Assembly (NCBI GenBank): GCA_965153455.1
Contig: OZ234494.1
Coordinates: 5,084,001-5,148,000, forward strand
Source: Sphagnum compactum
Lineage: Eukaryota
Length of the DNA: 64,000 bases
Direction: 5' to 3'
Position numbers and translations under genes: made by a program. Shown piece after piece: positions 27,062 to 39,245 of this stretch. The notes beneath the pieces are model-generated. The model saw nothing but the letters and a program-made list of their open reading frames with translations. It made no database searches and had not been told where the DNA came from. Numbering within the stretch: the stretch's first letter is position 1; every line of letters starts with the position of its first letter.

Positions 27062-29934
27062 GGTTTAAGGATTATGTCATGTAAGGTTTCGGTGTTAGGA
27101 ATTAGGGTTTGCAAAAGCGGGAGCACAATCTAGTGTTTGCGCTTTGCACTTTCCTCTTTGCTGCAGATCACTGCTTTCTTTGAGTGCATAGTAAGGACAC
27201 ACAACACACATTGATTCTAGATTTTTGTAGGTAATAAAATGAGAAAATTGATATGTATAACCTTTGTGCATATTCATCATTATGTGAGAATTGAAAACTA
27301 GCATATACATGACCGAATTTTAAAAAAAAAAGGTAAAATAATGTGTAACCGAATGGTGTGATAGATTTCAATTTTTTTGATATACATATCCTTCTTTTAG
27401 AAAAAAATGAGAATATACTTTACTGATATCCACAGGATAGGCCTAAAATGTGATAACCGGACAACACCCGTTCAAACCAATTCTTAAAGGAAATGAAAAA
27501 TAAAAATTGAAAACTAGTTTGTGAGATTCACGTGTCTATGGAAATATTGGAACCAATGGTTGTCACAAAAATGTGAGAACTGCCCAACAGTGGTTTCAAT
27601 GTTTGTACTCTTTCCTATAAGATTTTGAGTTAAGAAAAAACCTTTCTTGTGTGTCCAAATACATTAACATTCATCAAATCTCACCAAATCTGGTTTGAAA
27701 AGAATTACAAGGCATATTGCCTTAGGTTGCACTTCAGAATGTACCTTGAATGTCTTGCTAGAATATCTTGCAATGGCAGTCCACACAAAATAATGCCCTG
27801 TCAGAACCACAGAAGTGTCTGAGTTACTTAGTGCCCAATAAGGAAGGGTTTGCATTAAGGTAACCATGGTGGGCTGGTGGGTTCTGGTTGGTTTACTGTG
27901 GCCCTAGTGTTTTGTTGTTGAGGTATGATATTTTGTGACAAATTTTGGCTGTTTCATGAAAACATTTGGAGAGCAAATTGGAATGGTTTTTCAATGTAAA
28001 ATCCTTATTTCCAGCAAAGATTTGTCACTGTTGCAAAATTGTGCACCTTGCATGGGCCCTTGTTTGGGCCTTGGGCTTTACCCTACACAAAATTGTGCCC
28101 CCCCACAATTGCCCTAAAAACAGAGGTAAAATAGGAATCCCTTTTTACATTGCACCACTGCAACAACAACAAACTCTAGACGGAAGAGTAAATTAAAAGA
28201 GTTAGGTCTTCTTCATAAGTAGTGGGTGTGACCACATAGTAAAATGGAAGATGTTAAATACTTACAGGCAATACACATTTCAAAAGTACTTTTTCCCCAC
28301 AGGCTGCCCATTTGCCCATTCAAGATGATCTGGTAGTGACTAGACACAATCTGGGTCTTGTTATGTGTGTTTAGGGCTTGTAATGGACACACAGTGTCCC
28401 ATTATATGCCCAAAATGTGCATAACTGTAGCCAAAACTAGGTGTCTATTACAATGCCCTTCACACACACCAAAATGTGTCTGAGCAGCTTCAAGATGTGT
28501 CTTGAAATGCTCAAACACAAATTTTGTTGTTCAAGCCCATTACAGACTTTGGGTTCAGTTATACACAATTTATAGTCTTTATTATAGACAGGCCAAGAAT
28601 GTGCATTCAGCTTTGGGATGGGGACTAACACAAGTGACAAGTGACCCAAAGTATAAAATGGGCAGCACCAAAATGTGTTTGGGCATCATGCATCTTTTTT
28701 GTCATTGAGAAAAAAAGATGGATCAGGTCAAGGGCAACAAGAAAAAGAAGAAGAAGAAGCAGGCAGTACAAAAATAATAAGGACCCTTTGCTAATGTAAA
28801 ATCTTCCTCAGAAAATGAGTGCAAATCAATTAAGATTCTAATTAATTAAATAACTTAATTAAGGAAATCAGCAGCAGCGATGTAAGTAATCTCTCTCTTT
28901 CTCTCTCTCTCAAAACTTTCCTCCGTCACCCCCCACAGAGTGCACAGTGCACACAATCATCGCTAGTTCTTAATCTCGTCATAATCACGTGTTTAAAGCT
29001 TCTGCTACTATTGCAGAACAAAAGCCCTCTCGCTCCGGCTTTTTAACTGCCGGGGAGGATGGACTTCACCGACCCCATTTGAGCTCTGGCCTGCGATTAC
29101 TTACAGCTCTGACCTGTATTCCCAATGCGTGCTGATTCATTCTCTGGATTTCTCTCTGTGTGCGTGTCTTCGACAAATTTCCTTCAGGTTCTTGCTTTTT
29201 CTTCAGGGTTTTTGTTTGAGGGAAGTAGCTGTGGTTTCGTTGTTTGCATGCACGGACATCTTTTGCGCTTTTTTCCTGCTCTTTTGTTTGTTTGTTGGCA
29301 TCTCCATTGGCTTCTCTGATAGACGTTGTGCCAACACTAGTGTAGATCGAGATAGAGAGATGGGGAGAAGAAGAATATCAGACACTTTGTCTCTCGTTTT
29401 TCTTTGTCGCTGAGGATCGGGGATCCTGATGATGGATTGTTGTCAGGGTCTGTGCGTTCTGGTCGAGGTTGCAGAGATTGAACAGAAATAAAAAACTTGT
29501 GGAGATGGCGGGGGGGGGAAGAAATGCAGGAATGCAAGATTAGGAGAGCAGCGAAATAGATATGAAGGAGATGTACCATAGGGAAGAGAAACAGTGTTGG
29601 GTATAATATTCTCGTGAATGGTTGTGGTGGAAGCGAAGTGAGAAAGTTGAGGAGTAGTAATCCTCTTGATGGAGGGACGGGAAAAGGAGGGACCAAGAAC
29701 CGTGGAAGGATGTTTTCGTGAAGGAAGTTTTTCTGCTTAGATATCCTCCCTTATGCTGAAGACACTGATGGCAGGAAGAACACTTCATGTGAGGATGGTG
29801 CCGCGTGAGATTGCAGAAGGAAGACTCTGGAAGTCACGCATGCAGCAATGGTAGGTGACGGGGCTCCAGGTGAGCGAAGGATCTGTTGAGAATTGAGAGA
29901 GCCTTTGTGTTGGCCTTCGTGTTCTCGGTAAAGC

Positions 29935-32900
29935 ATGGAGGCTGGTGGGATCGATGGAGGAGGGGGAGGTTTGGCGAATGGTACTGTGGAGGAGATAGTA
30001 GAGCAGATTATTGCTGGCTCTCATGGATTACCTGACGACGACGACCAGCAGACTCGCTTTGAGCGGTTGCAAATGCAACGCATCCGGGAGCTTGATATGG
30101 AGCAATTGGAGGTGGAGGATGTCGACTCTGAGACGGGAAGCATTCTGAGTGACAATGATTCTAGGTGTTTCCCATTCATGCCATTTTTGTCCCCCCCGCT
30201 TGCCCCTTACTCTGGGCCTGTTCCCGCAATCTTGTCTGTTGGAAGTTTGGATCCTGTTGGGGTTTTGGGGTTGGTGTTTTTGACATGAAAGACTGGTTGC
30301 TATCTGTACAGTGATTGCTTCATCATCCTAAGATGGAGATATTGGATGTCAGGTTTCTTTTTCACAGGTGCACTGTACCTGTGTGATGTGGGCGGTCTCT
30401 ATTAGGGCAACCGCATCAAGAGCACAAGTGATTTGATCTAGGATGCAAGTTGCAGAAGACATGCTACAAGGCTTCTAGTTTAGCTGTTCATCACTTGGGT
30501 AGTCTCTATGATGAGCCTCATGGACACTTGCATTGAAGCCTGATATAGCTGTTCTTGTTGTCCTTCCTTTCAAACCAGCAGTGGATCAGAACATTCCTAT
30601 GTCTATCTATGCTTGCTGTGTGCAGTACAAAGTTGCTTTCAGTGCTGAATGAATCTGTGAGTGGGTTCAATTTTGCCTCCAAATGCGAACAGTCTGTTCA
30701 GATGCAAAGATGCACACCAGTTTTGGGACCACTTGGTTTGTCATTTGCATGTGCTTGAAATATCTGGACAGGTGAAATGTCTTGTAGCAAAGTAGGAAGC
30801 TGCAGAAAAAATTGTGGACCATTGGTAACAGTAGTCTTGGAAGAATTCAGAAGTGCAACACTGATTGCTAATAAGTTGGGACCATGTGGAACTTGGTCAG
30901 TATGGCTCGCCGTGGTGATGGAGGTGGAGGTGCTCGAGGTGGCTTCACATTTGACACAAATCTTGCTTCCATGCACACTTATCTTGGAGGTCTGTTCTGG
31001 TGCAAATGATGGTCCCAAGGGTCCAATGAGTCCTAGGTTCTTTTCTGTTGATGTACTCATTGGCAATGTAAGGTTCTTGCTCGACAATATTCATTCATCT
31101 CTCACATCCTGGAGGTACCAACCCATAAGACTAGTTTTCCACCAGAGAAATGGGGGCGAATACAAATAGTTTGTGTTATTGCAAACATAACTGGTTATTT
31201 TGTCTGAATCTGAGTGTCTGTCTGCTGTATTACACTGATGCACATTTGTAGAAGCAGGAGAGATGAATCAAGTTCATTGTGTTCCTGATGACATTTGGTT
31301 ATTCCTTAGTGTGTGGATGTCACCTAATTGTGAGGGATTTTGCTGCTTGTTTATGCCCATGCAGAGGTTGAAGATGTCACAAGTTGTCGCTCTTTTGCTG
31401 ATGGGGGAGCGCTGTTGACACTAGCAATGTTTTACCTGGAGGGTGAGTGTCACATCTCTGTTAAAGGAATTGAACTGCTGATATGTACTTATTTTATTGT
31501 AGCTTGATGGAGCATGTTGTATTTGAAGTATCTGATCATCAAGTTGGGAGCTGTTGCAGGGATAGTTCTCTTTCCAGGGGACACACTTCCACTTCGTGTG
31601 CTTCAACCCCGATTCTTGGCTGCAGTGGAGCGAGCAAGGCATAGTGTGGAAGCACCCAACATGCTTGGTGTGGTATGTCTTCAAACGGTATCCTATGTTT
31701 GTCCTAGCACACATCTAGACAGGTGAGTGGGAGCACTATGAGAATTGTAGCTGGATCTCCATTACATGTCATTGTTAACAGGGTAAAAGCATTTTAGCTA
31801 TGGTTTGGGCTCAAGTCTTGTGACATACTATCACTATGTGTGATTTGTTAAGCTTCATCAAATTTACATGGTCTGAACTCTCCTTTGTGCTAGGCATGGA
31901 CAGTGAAACTAAAGGCCAAAATGGTGTGCGAATGGACAGTTCACCACTCAAGTGATTTGATGTTTGTTCTGGTTCAGTTGCAGATTTGAAATATTAATTT
32001 GGCCAGTTTTAACCTTCTGCAATGGGCTAGTAAGCTGTCTTCATAATTGGCAAAGGTGCCTAACATGTATTCTGGGGTTTATTGCAGATACATGTGCGAG
32101 CCAGGCCACAAGATGGGCAAGTCCATGTTGCATCCGTGGGGACCACTGCAGAGGTATTGCTCCAATCCTTATCCTGCCAGGAGAATGGGGTCTTATTAAG
32201 TGTACCTCAGGGTGAGTTTTTTTTAATAATCTTTTGCTCTATAATCTTTGAGCAGATTATATACTCATCTACACCCTCTGTGAGGAGCTGATGGAGTCAG
32301 TGGGGAGTAGTCACTGCCATTCCTCATGAAGGTCATGGCCTGACACTTTGTGAGTGACACTCACAAGGTTATGACTTGCTCTCATCCTTGTTGTGTTAGT
32401 TTTGGTTTGGCCAGAAGTGACAACATTTGTTTGGTTGGCTCACATGTTTTTCTGGAGTATCTCTCCAGAATCATAGACATATGCACATCATACACAGACA
32501 TGCACACACACACCTCTTTTGTCTCTCTTGTACAAACACACACACACACATGCTACATAACCACTGAACAGGTGTGTAGTTTGAATTACCAGTCTCTAGT
32601 GCTCCTCCTCCAGAAGTGTCCATTTATACCCAATTTATAGCAGCATATTGCTAGATATGGGTTTGAGACCATCATGTGGTGGAAAGAGAAACTCTGTGTT
32701 TCCTCCAATTATGAGCTCTGATGTTGTTATCTGTGGTCTGGTAGATTCGACAATTGCGCCAGCTGACTGATGGGTCAGTGAATGTGGTTGCAAAGGGCCG
32801 ACAGCGCTTTAGGATCTGCAATGCATGGACAGAGGCTGATGGAGTGGTACATTAGTTCTCTCTCTAATCCGTAACATGTCATGTAGAATCAGTGTTGGGC

Positions 32901-35147
32901 CATGCATATTGATAAGAAGGGAAGGGGAAGCATAATCAGGTTCAGTTGTGGTCTTTCACAAGGTCTTATGGAGGCGCACCAATGATGGAGTTGACCTGTA
33001 TCATATGTATGTGACATGCAGTTGATTGCTCGAGTTCAAATTATTGAGGAGGAAACTCCATTACATATTCCACGAGATGCATTTGGTTCACTAGCTTCTG
33101 TACCTGTATACCAGAGTGGAAAAGTTCCACGAGCAGCTTCCACATCACCTCTGCCCTATGAACTTAGTGATGATGAGATAGTAGAGTTTGAGTTTTCTGA
33201 TTCAGACTCAGGCACTGAAGAGGACAGAGTTCTTCGTAGGTGAGCCATGCTATCTGCCTTGTATGTGACTCATGTTTAGGACTTCAAGATGGAGGGAGGA
33301 TGTTTGTTTTGTACTTGTGACACTCTTATGGTCAACAGGATAAACTTTGGGTGATGATAAGATAGATGCTATGCTTGCATGATGGGTCTGGAAGGCAAGA
33401 GTATCTGCACATTGGATAGCTGGGCTTTGCAGTCATAGTTTCTCATGCTCTCCAATCATCTTCTTAAGGTAGATTTATTTTGCAAAGGTGGTATATAGAA
33501 TGTGGGGTAGTATTTTCCTTGTGGTACATGTATGAGATATTGCTGTTCTTTTCGATACAAAATGACCAATCTCTCAAACGTGTAAAAAGTTGGTCTGCTT
33601 TGCTTTGTGTCGTGACTGCTGTAGGTTGACTCAATTTGCAGCTGCTAGTGATGATCTTCTGCGTGTTATTGAGAGCGAGATGGGTGATGAGGAGAACAAT
33701 GAGGAAGAAGAGAGGCTGGAGGGGTTGTGGCAGACACGAAGAGTACGCCGTCGAGGTCTTCCTGGTCATGGTGGAGAAGTCCATGTGGCTGGAGCAGGTT
33801 CAGAAAGTGTTGACAATCCAGAGAGTGAAGAGATGGATAATCGGGAACAGGAAACACCATTAACAGTAGACAATTGCAATGCTATAGGGGTGAAAAGACC
33901 ACAGGAGGGGGGTTGGGGTGGAGCTTGTAAGGCATGGGCTGCTGATGAGTCTAAATGGTCATTGAGAGCCCAGCGAACTGCCTGGCCACACTGGGTGTAC
34001 CGACAGTTTGATGCCTATGAGTTGGCACGACGAGCTGCTGGTAAGTGTTAGAAGCATCAAGTCCTTTTTTATTTTTTTGTATCTGCAAAGCTGTGATCTC
34101 TGTTCCTGTCTGTAGCTTTATACATCCCTGATCTAGACATCCAGCCAAATGAAGAACTAGAAGTCTGCTATTTAACTGTCTGGATCTTATGCACAGACAT
34201 GCTGAGGCAAATGGCTGAACTTCCGAGGATGGAGGCTATGGTCCGAACCCCCACTCTATTGTCCTACTATATTGCCAGCAACACACCACTCCAGGACGCC
34301 ACCCGCCAGGAACTCCTTGAGGTTGATGGCACTGTGCATCGACTACGTCGAGAAATTGAGCTTCTGGAAACCATGGATCAACTACGCTGCAAATGCTGTC
34401 TTGTATATACTCTGCACATGTCAACTCTGTTTTTTGCATTTGTGTGTGCATGTCATGCCTGTTTCTTTGATGCAATATCATACTAGCTGAGTGTTGTGTG
34501 CAACTCTTGACATCAATTTTGATGGGCTTATTTTGTGTTATGGTTGAAGCAATTTGGGCCAATGTATTGTGGTAACTGTCTTTGATAGGCTATCATTGCA
34601 AGGCGAAGTGACATGCTGGTGATGTCTTCTGATGGGCCCATTAGTGCGTATGTCAATGAACATGGCTATGTCCATGAGACTCTAACCCTCTCCCGTGCAC
34701 GTGGTCTCATTCTAGCTGGACAACCTCAGACAGCCAATAGCTGGTTCCCTGGGTAGGTCTTTTGCTCTTGTTGTCAATCACCTGGTGAACTTTGACAAAA
34801 AGCTCTTTTCCATCTAAGGTATTGTTGACTTTCAGAATTATATGTACACTGTTATGGGCAATTGAGAATCCTATGACCGAATCTGTAGATTCATTTGCTA
34901 TTTGAAAGTGAAGGTCTGGACCAACCTGCATTTAGTGTCTTTTGTCAGAGTGTTTTATATCGTCTCTTTGGGCAGGAATGGAGTAACCTTCTGATGAGGT
35001 AAAGGGTGATACAGGTATGCCTGGATCTTAGCAGAGTGTACAGCATGTGCAGAGCACATGGGCTGGCGTTTCACAGCAGTTGCAAAGGAAACCAGACCAA
35101 AAGCTTTTTGGGGAATTCGAAGGTCACAACTGGCAGAGAACAGTTAG
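29935..35147 (+). CDS. CRBN: Cereblon homolog (LON peptidase N-terminal domain plus CULT/thalidomide-binding domain), 11 exons, about 604 aa
   Basis: GT-AG exons 29935-30164, 30901-30989, 31365-31442, 31560-31672, 32088-32153, 32745-32846, 33022-33239, 33625-34040, 34197-34402, 34589-34752 and 35015-35147 total 1815 nt with consistent phases. Motifs include FTFDTNLASMHTYLGEVED, GIVLFPGDTLPLRV, VGTTAEIRQ, KGRQRF, RQELLEVDGTVHRLRREIELL, CKCC...YVNEHGYVHE...SWFPGYAW...CTAC..HMGWRF...FWGI. Confidence 0.93.
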
Positions 35148-36869
35148 GAATGGGAGGCAAACTTACAGCTGGGAATTTTTTTTGTCAGTGAAGGTCTGCA
35201 GCAGCTAGTGCTCACTGGATGAGGGGTGTATCCCTTGTGAGTTTCAGTGGTGCCACTGAAACTTTTTCATTCTTCAAGAAAGCCTTGGCCTACTAGTTGA
35301 CCCTTAATGTGCAAAAGGCCAAAGCCCCAAGTGCATTGCTGAAGAGGCAAGAACATTTTTTTGGGTTGTGAGCATGTGTATGAGGAGGGTCAAGTGTTCT
35401 ATTTTTTTTGTGCATATTACTTCACAACATGGAACTTCAACTTGTTAGAGCAAAGCAGTGGTAAAGGCTTCTTGGCTGTGTCTGCCAGGTGCAAGCTTGG
35501 AAATTCAGACAAACCATCTTTCTGGGCTTGTGTGGTGGCATTTTGCTTATAGAGCTGAGTAACATCTGCCTCATGAACAGACATATTGAGACGCAGATCT
35601 CTGTGATACAGCAGATGATAGGGAAGACTTTGTCTAAGTTCTCACTGCAAACCTGTGAAGGTCTGCTGACATGATTTGAAGTGTACAGCTAAGAGGAAAG
35701 ATTTGAAGTTGGAGGAGCTACTTGCAGAGATATCTTAATTCTCTGGTTGTACATCTCTAAATCCAGAAGTTGATCCTGACACTTACTATTTCTGAGATCA
35801 GAAGAAAGGATTTTGATACTGGAAATTGGATGTCCAATGATTGATAGATGGCAAGTGACAGCAGAATCCTCTAGTGAGGAACATGATTGCCTAATTTTAC
35901 TCAAGTTGGAACCATGAAACCCACATGGGCTTCAGTGCCCAATTGGTTCAATTGTCTAACATCTAGCGTGGCCTAATGATGTATTACTTAAAGCCACATC
36001 AAATCGTGAAGTGATGATGAGCCCAACCAAGGGGTGTTGATTAGGCAAAGCTAATTTTACTTGTGACAGTTATGATGATTTCTCATAGATTAGTTTATGA
36101 CAGATGCTGGTATTACATATTTTGTTCGTATAACATGTAAATGAATTCACAAAATATCCACTGAGGTGGTTTTGTTAGAGCTATGGTGCAAGTGTTATTG
36201 AATATTGAACAGCTTTTGTCAAGTAAAGTTCCCTAGAATCAAAACTAAGTTTTTTAAGGAAATTGAGGTGTGCTCTTGGGACTGATGGAGAGTATGTGAT
36301 GGGAAGAATTTTGTACTGATTGCAAAAACAGTACATTTGTACTGACTGTTTGTCAATTTAGCATTTTCCTCTTAGAGTCTTGGTCTTTCCTAGGGTTGAA
36401 TTCAGATTGTAGTCGACTTTAGCTTGAATTTCCCAAATCAAAAGGAGGACTTAATTGCATCAAATGCACAACCTGTGCATACTTTCAAGATGGAAGCATG
36501 CCTGAGTACAATTGAAGATTGTGCCAGCCCACACTCTCCCTCCCAAAATTGAATGTGGCAAAGGGTTCATGCATAGTCTTGAGCTGAAATGAAAGCACAT
36601 GTATAATAAGTTCATAACTATTCTACATGAAATGGTCAAGCCTTTGCCCTTTATGTTGGGTAAGATGCCAGGCATCCCATTACGTGGCTCTAGCTCTAAC
36701 AGGATTGCCTCATGCATTTAGCAATATAATGGCCAAGGGCGAGGGCATTCCATGACAATAAGGTCTGGGGTGGGAGATTCAATGAACATAAAAATAACAA
36801 AAGAAATCTTGCAGCAAGGATTTTGGTCACTGTTAAGAGTGTGTGATTGTGTAACTGGAAAATTTTGTT

Positions 36870-37085
36870 GATAAAATCACATGATTTTGGAGGTTTTCAA
36901 ATTGCCAGAAGTGGGGAAAAAAAAATGCTCGCATTTGCATATTTGATTTTCAAGGAGTAGCCAAAAATATAGAAGGATGATTTAAGATTTGTATTTCGTA
37001 TTTGATTTATAGTCAGATTTTACTAATTCTTCCTAGGGATGAGCGCCATTGGCTGCAAACAAAAATTCCTATTTAGAAAACACTG
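36870..37085 (-). repeat. Dispersed MITE-like repeat, family A (reverse orientation)
   Basis: TAGCCAAAAATATAGAAGG...CTAATTCTTCCTAGGGATGAGCGCCA...AAAACACTG. Confidence 0.45.
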
Positions 37086-37907
37086 ATGTTAAAAGAGGCC
37101 TGAAATTGCTTAAGGAACAAAGATCGAGGTTGGGTCACAGCGCGGTATTATCAAGTACTCGACAAGGGTACAAACCCCAGGACTCATGGGACAGAAAATC
37201 ATTGCTGATTTTCAACATCTTCAACCCCACCGGGTACACTCACTCACAACAGTAAGAGTAATCATTGGGTTGGGAATTTGCATGTTGAACCCCCACCTGG
37301 TACACTCACTCATAAAAGTTAGAGCTCTCCTAGCTTCTTGTCCTCCCTATAACACTTGCACTTGACAAACTTAGCGCACCTTTCCATTGAGTACCCTGAG
37401 CTTCAACTTTGGGAATTTGACTTACCGTTTTTGGCTTCACATTGCAAAATCAAATTTGCAAGACTTGCGTTGCAGAACCCTAGCTATCAAAGGGGTCTTT
37501 TTCCATTAGGCAGCCTAATGGAAAGTCATTGACAAGGGCCTTGTTTCTTGTTGCAGGGTCAGTAGCTTGTAGTTGGAGAGTTACAACTATGCTGAAAATA
37601 TGTAATTAATCATGTTAGGAACTTTAGGAACACATGTTCTATGAAAAAAGGATAGACGTCATTGTATGGTGAGTAGCAGTTAGACTCACAGTTCTTGCAA
37701 TTGGTCAATGCTTGATTAGTAGAGCTATGAGATGACTGTGAGCACAACTACTTGCAAAAAATAATGAAAAGCTGGTTCGATAGTAAAATCTGTGCTCACA
37801 GCAGGCTAATGAAAAGATGTCCTAATGAAAAGATGTCCTAACTGGGTTACTCATGACAGTACTCAAACGCTAAGAGGTTGCTTTGAAACACACTCTCAAT
37901 TGAAACC

Positions 37908-39245
37908 CTATCTGAGTAGGGATGATGAGTACTGTTGCTTACTGTGACCCCTGAGTCTAGAGCAAGCAGGCTCGGTGGTGCTGTAGAACCCTAGTTTGAG
38001 CTCAAGCTCTAATATTGCACTGTTTTGGTCATGGGTTCTAACGGTTTCATGATCAGTCATGTGATGTTGATCAACAAGTTGAGGCAAAGACCCAGGTGCG
38101 CAGCTAGCTGCTGTTGGTGTGTCAATAATATTAAGAAACAGTTCTCGATCAGCAGCAGCTAGTCTTGGCGGCGCTCCTCTAATTTCTTCACCCAATTCTG
38201 CATGTGACGCGATCAGCTTTCTAGTGGAAGGCTGTAGCTGCAAACCTGTACCGTTCGGGCTGGAACCCTGAGTTTTCATTTGCGTCGACAGTGATTGGAT
38301 CGTCAGGACCTGCAGGTCTGATCTTGCACACAAGCTTCTGTAACAGCTGATGATGTCGGCACGCGGACGTCGTCCTGCATGGAATAAAAGGCGGTCGAGA
38401 TTTGAGTTGGAGCTTGGAGTTGATGGCGATAGCGAATAATTAGAGCTGCTAGTGCAGGATAGCTGTGGGATGGGGAAATTAGTTCGTGCCTTGGATCCAC
38501 GCAGCCTCCTGGCGGCAGCGTCGTAAGCTCGAGCAGCGTCCACGGCTGTGTCAAACGTGCCCAGCCAGTGCCTGCATCTTCCGATGCGGTCGCGGATCTC
38601 GGCCGACCACCTTCCCCACGGTCGCTTCCTCACACCTCTATACACTTGCAGTCCGCTTGTCCGGAGGCCTGGCGTGCCATCGCCATCCACGCTGCTAGTC
38701 ATGACTGATTTCTTGCTTATACAACTGCTTTCAGGGGCTGCGAAGGCCCTGAGACTCTCCAGATAGGGGAAGAATGTATCTGAGCTGCTGATCCCGTGAC
38801 CACCACCTTCTTGAGGGGCGGCAATACATGAGACTCCCAGATCATTGGAACTCGATGTAAAGGTCGAGCACTTTGATTCAGGCGGTGGAGGTTCCAAGTT
38901 GGGGAGGGATTTGATTGTCATCATCTCATGTGACGACTGATCAGCCGCACCTGACATTGTCTGCCAAGACGAATCCTGGTCGAGAAGCATTGTGGGAAGC
39001 GAAGATGTACAAGAAAGGGCTTCCAGGGTCCGCGTGCTGCGTGACTCCTGAACTTGATCACCCTGGCCTCCAAACAGCGCACGCTGCCCAACAACTGCAG
39101 CGATTCCATCCAAGTCCTGCAGACCATCTGTGGCGTTGCCGCTTGTTTCTTGGCAGCTGTTGATCATGTGAACCACGGGACTGATTAGCTGCAGGTCGCT
39201 CTCTGTGGTTCGCAGCAGTTGAGGGTGCTCTACAAATCCGTGCAT
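37908..39245 (-). CDS. AP2/ERF transcription factor, ERF084/STEMIN-like (group VIII), with C-terminal EAR motif; about 445 aa from the first in-frame ATG
   Basis: AP2 domain [56 protein letters not shown] at about 38475-38645, N-terminal [14 protein letters not shown] motif and C-terminal LELELKLG (LxLxL). The frame stays open upstream to about 39422, so the true start is uncertain. Confidence 0.88.
   Translation of the reverse strand: MHGFVEHPQLLRTTESDLQLISPVVHMINSCQETSGNATDGLQDLDGIAAVVGQRALFGGQGDQVQESRSTRTLEALSCTSSLPTMLLDQDSSWQTMSGAADQSSHEMMTIKSLPNLEPPPPESKCSTFTSSSNDLGVSCIAAPQEGGGHGISSSDTFFPYLESLRAFAAPESSCISKKSVMTSSVDGDGTPGLRTSGLQVYRGVRKRPWGRWSAEIRDRIGRCRHWLGTFDTAVDAARAYDAAARRLRGSKARTNFPIPQLSCTSSSNYSLSPSTPSSNSNLDRLLFHAGRRPRADIISCYRSLCARSDLQVLTIQSLSTQMKTQGSSPNGTGLQLQPSTRKLIASHAELGEEIRGAPPRLAAADRELFLNIIDTPTAASCAPGSLPQLVDQHHMTDHETVRTHDQNSAILELELKLGFYSTTEPACSRLRGHSKQQYSSSLLR

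Noticed and set aside
29125-29934. Short ORFs upstream of and antisense to cereblon
   Set aside because: They have no recognizable domains and are likely 5' leader or intron sequence and chance ORFs.
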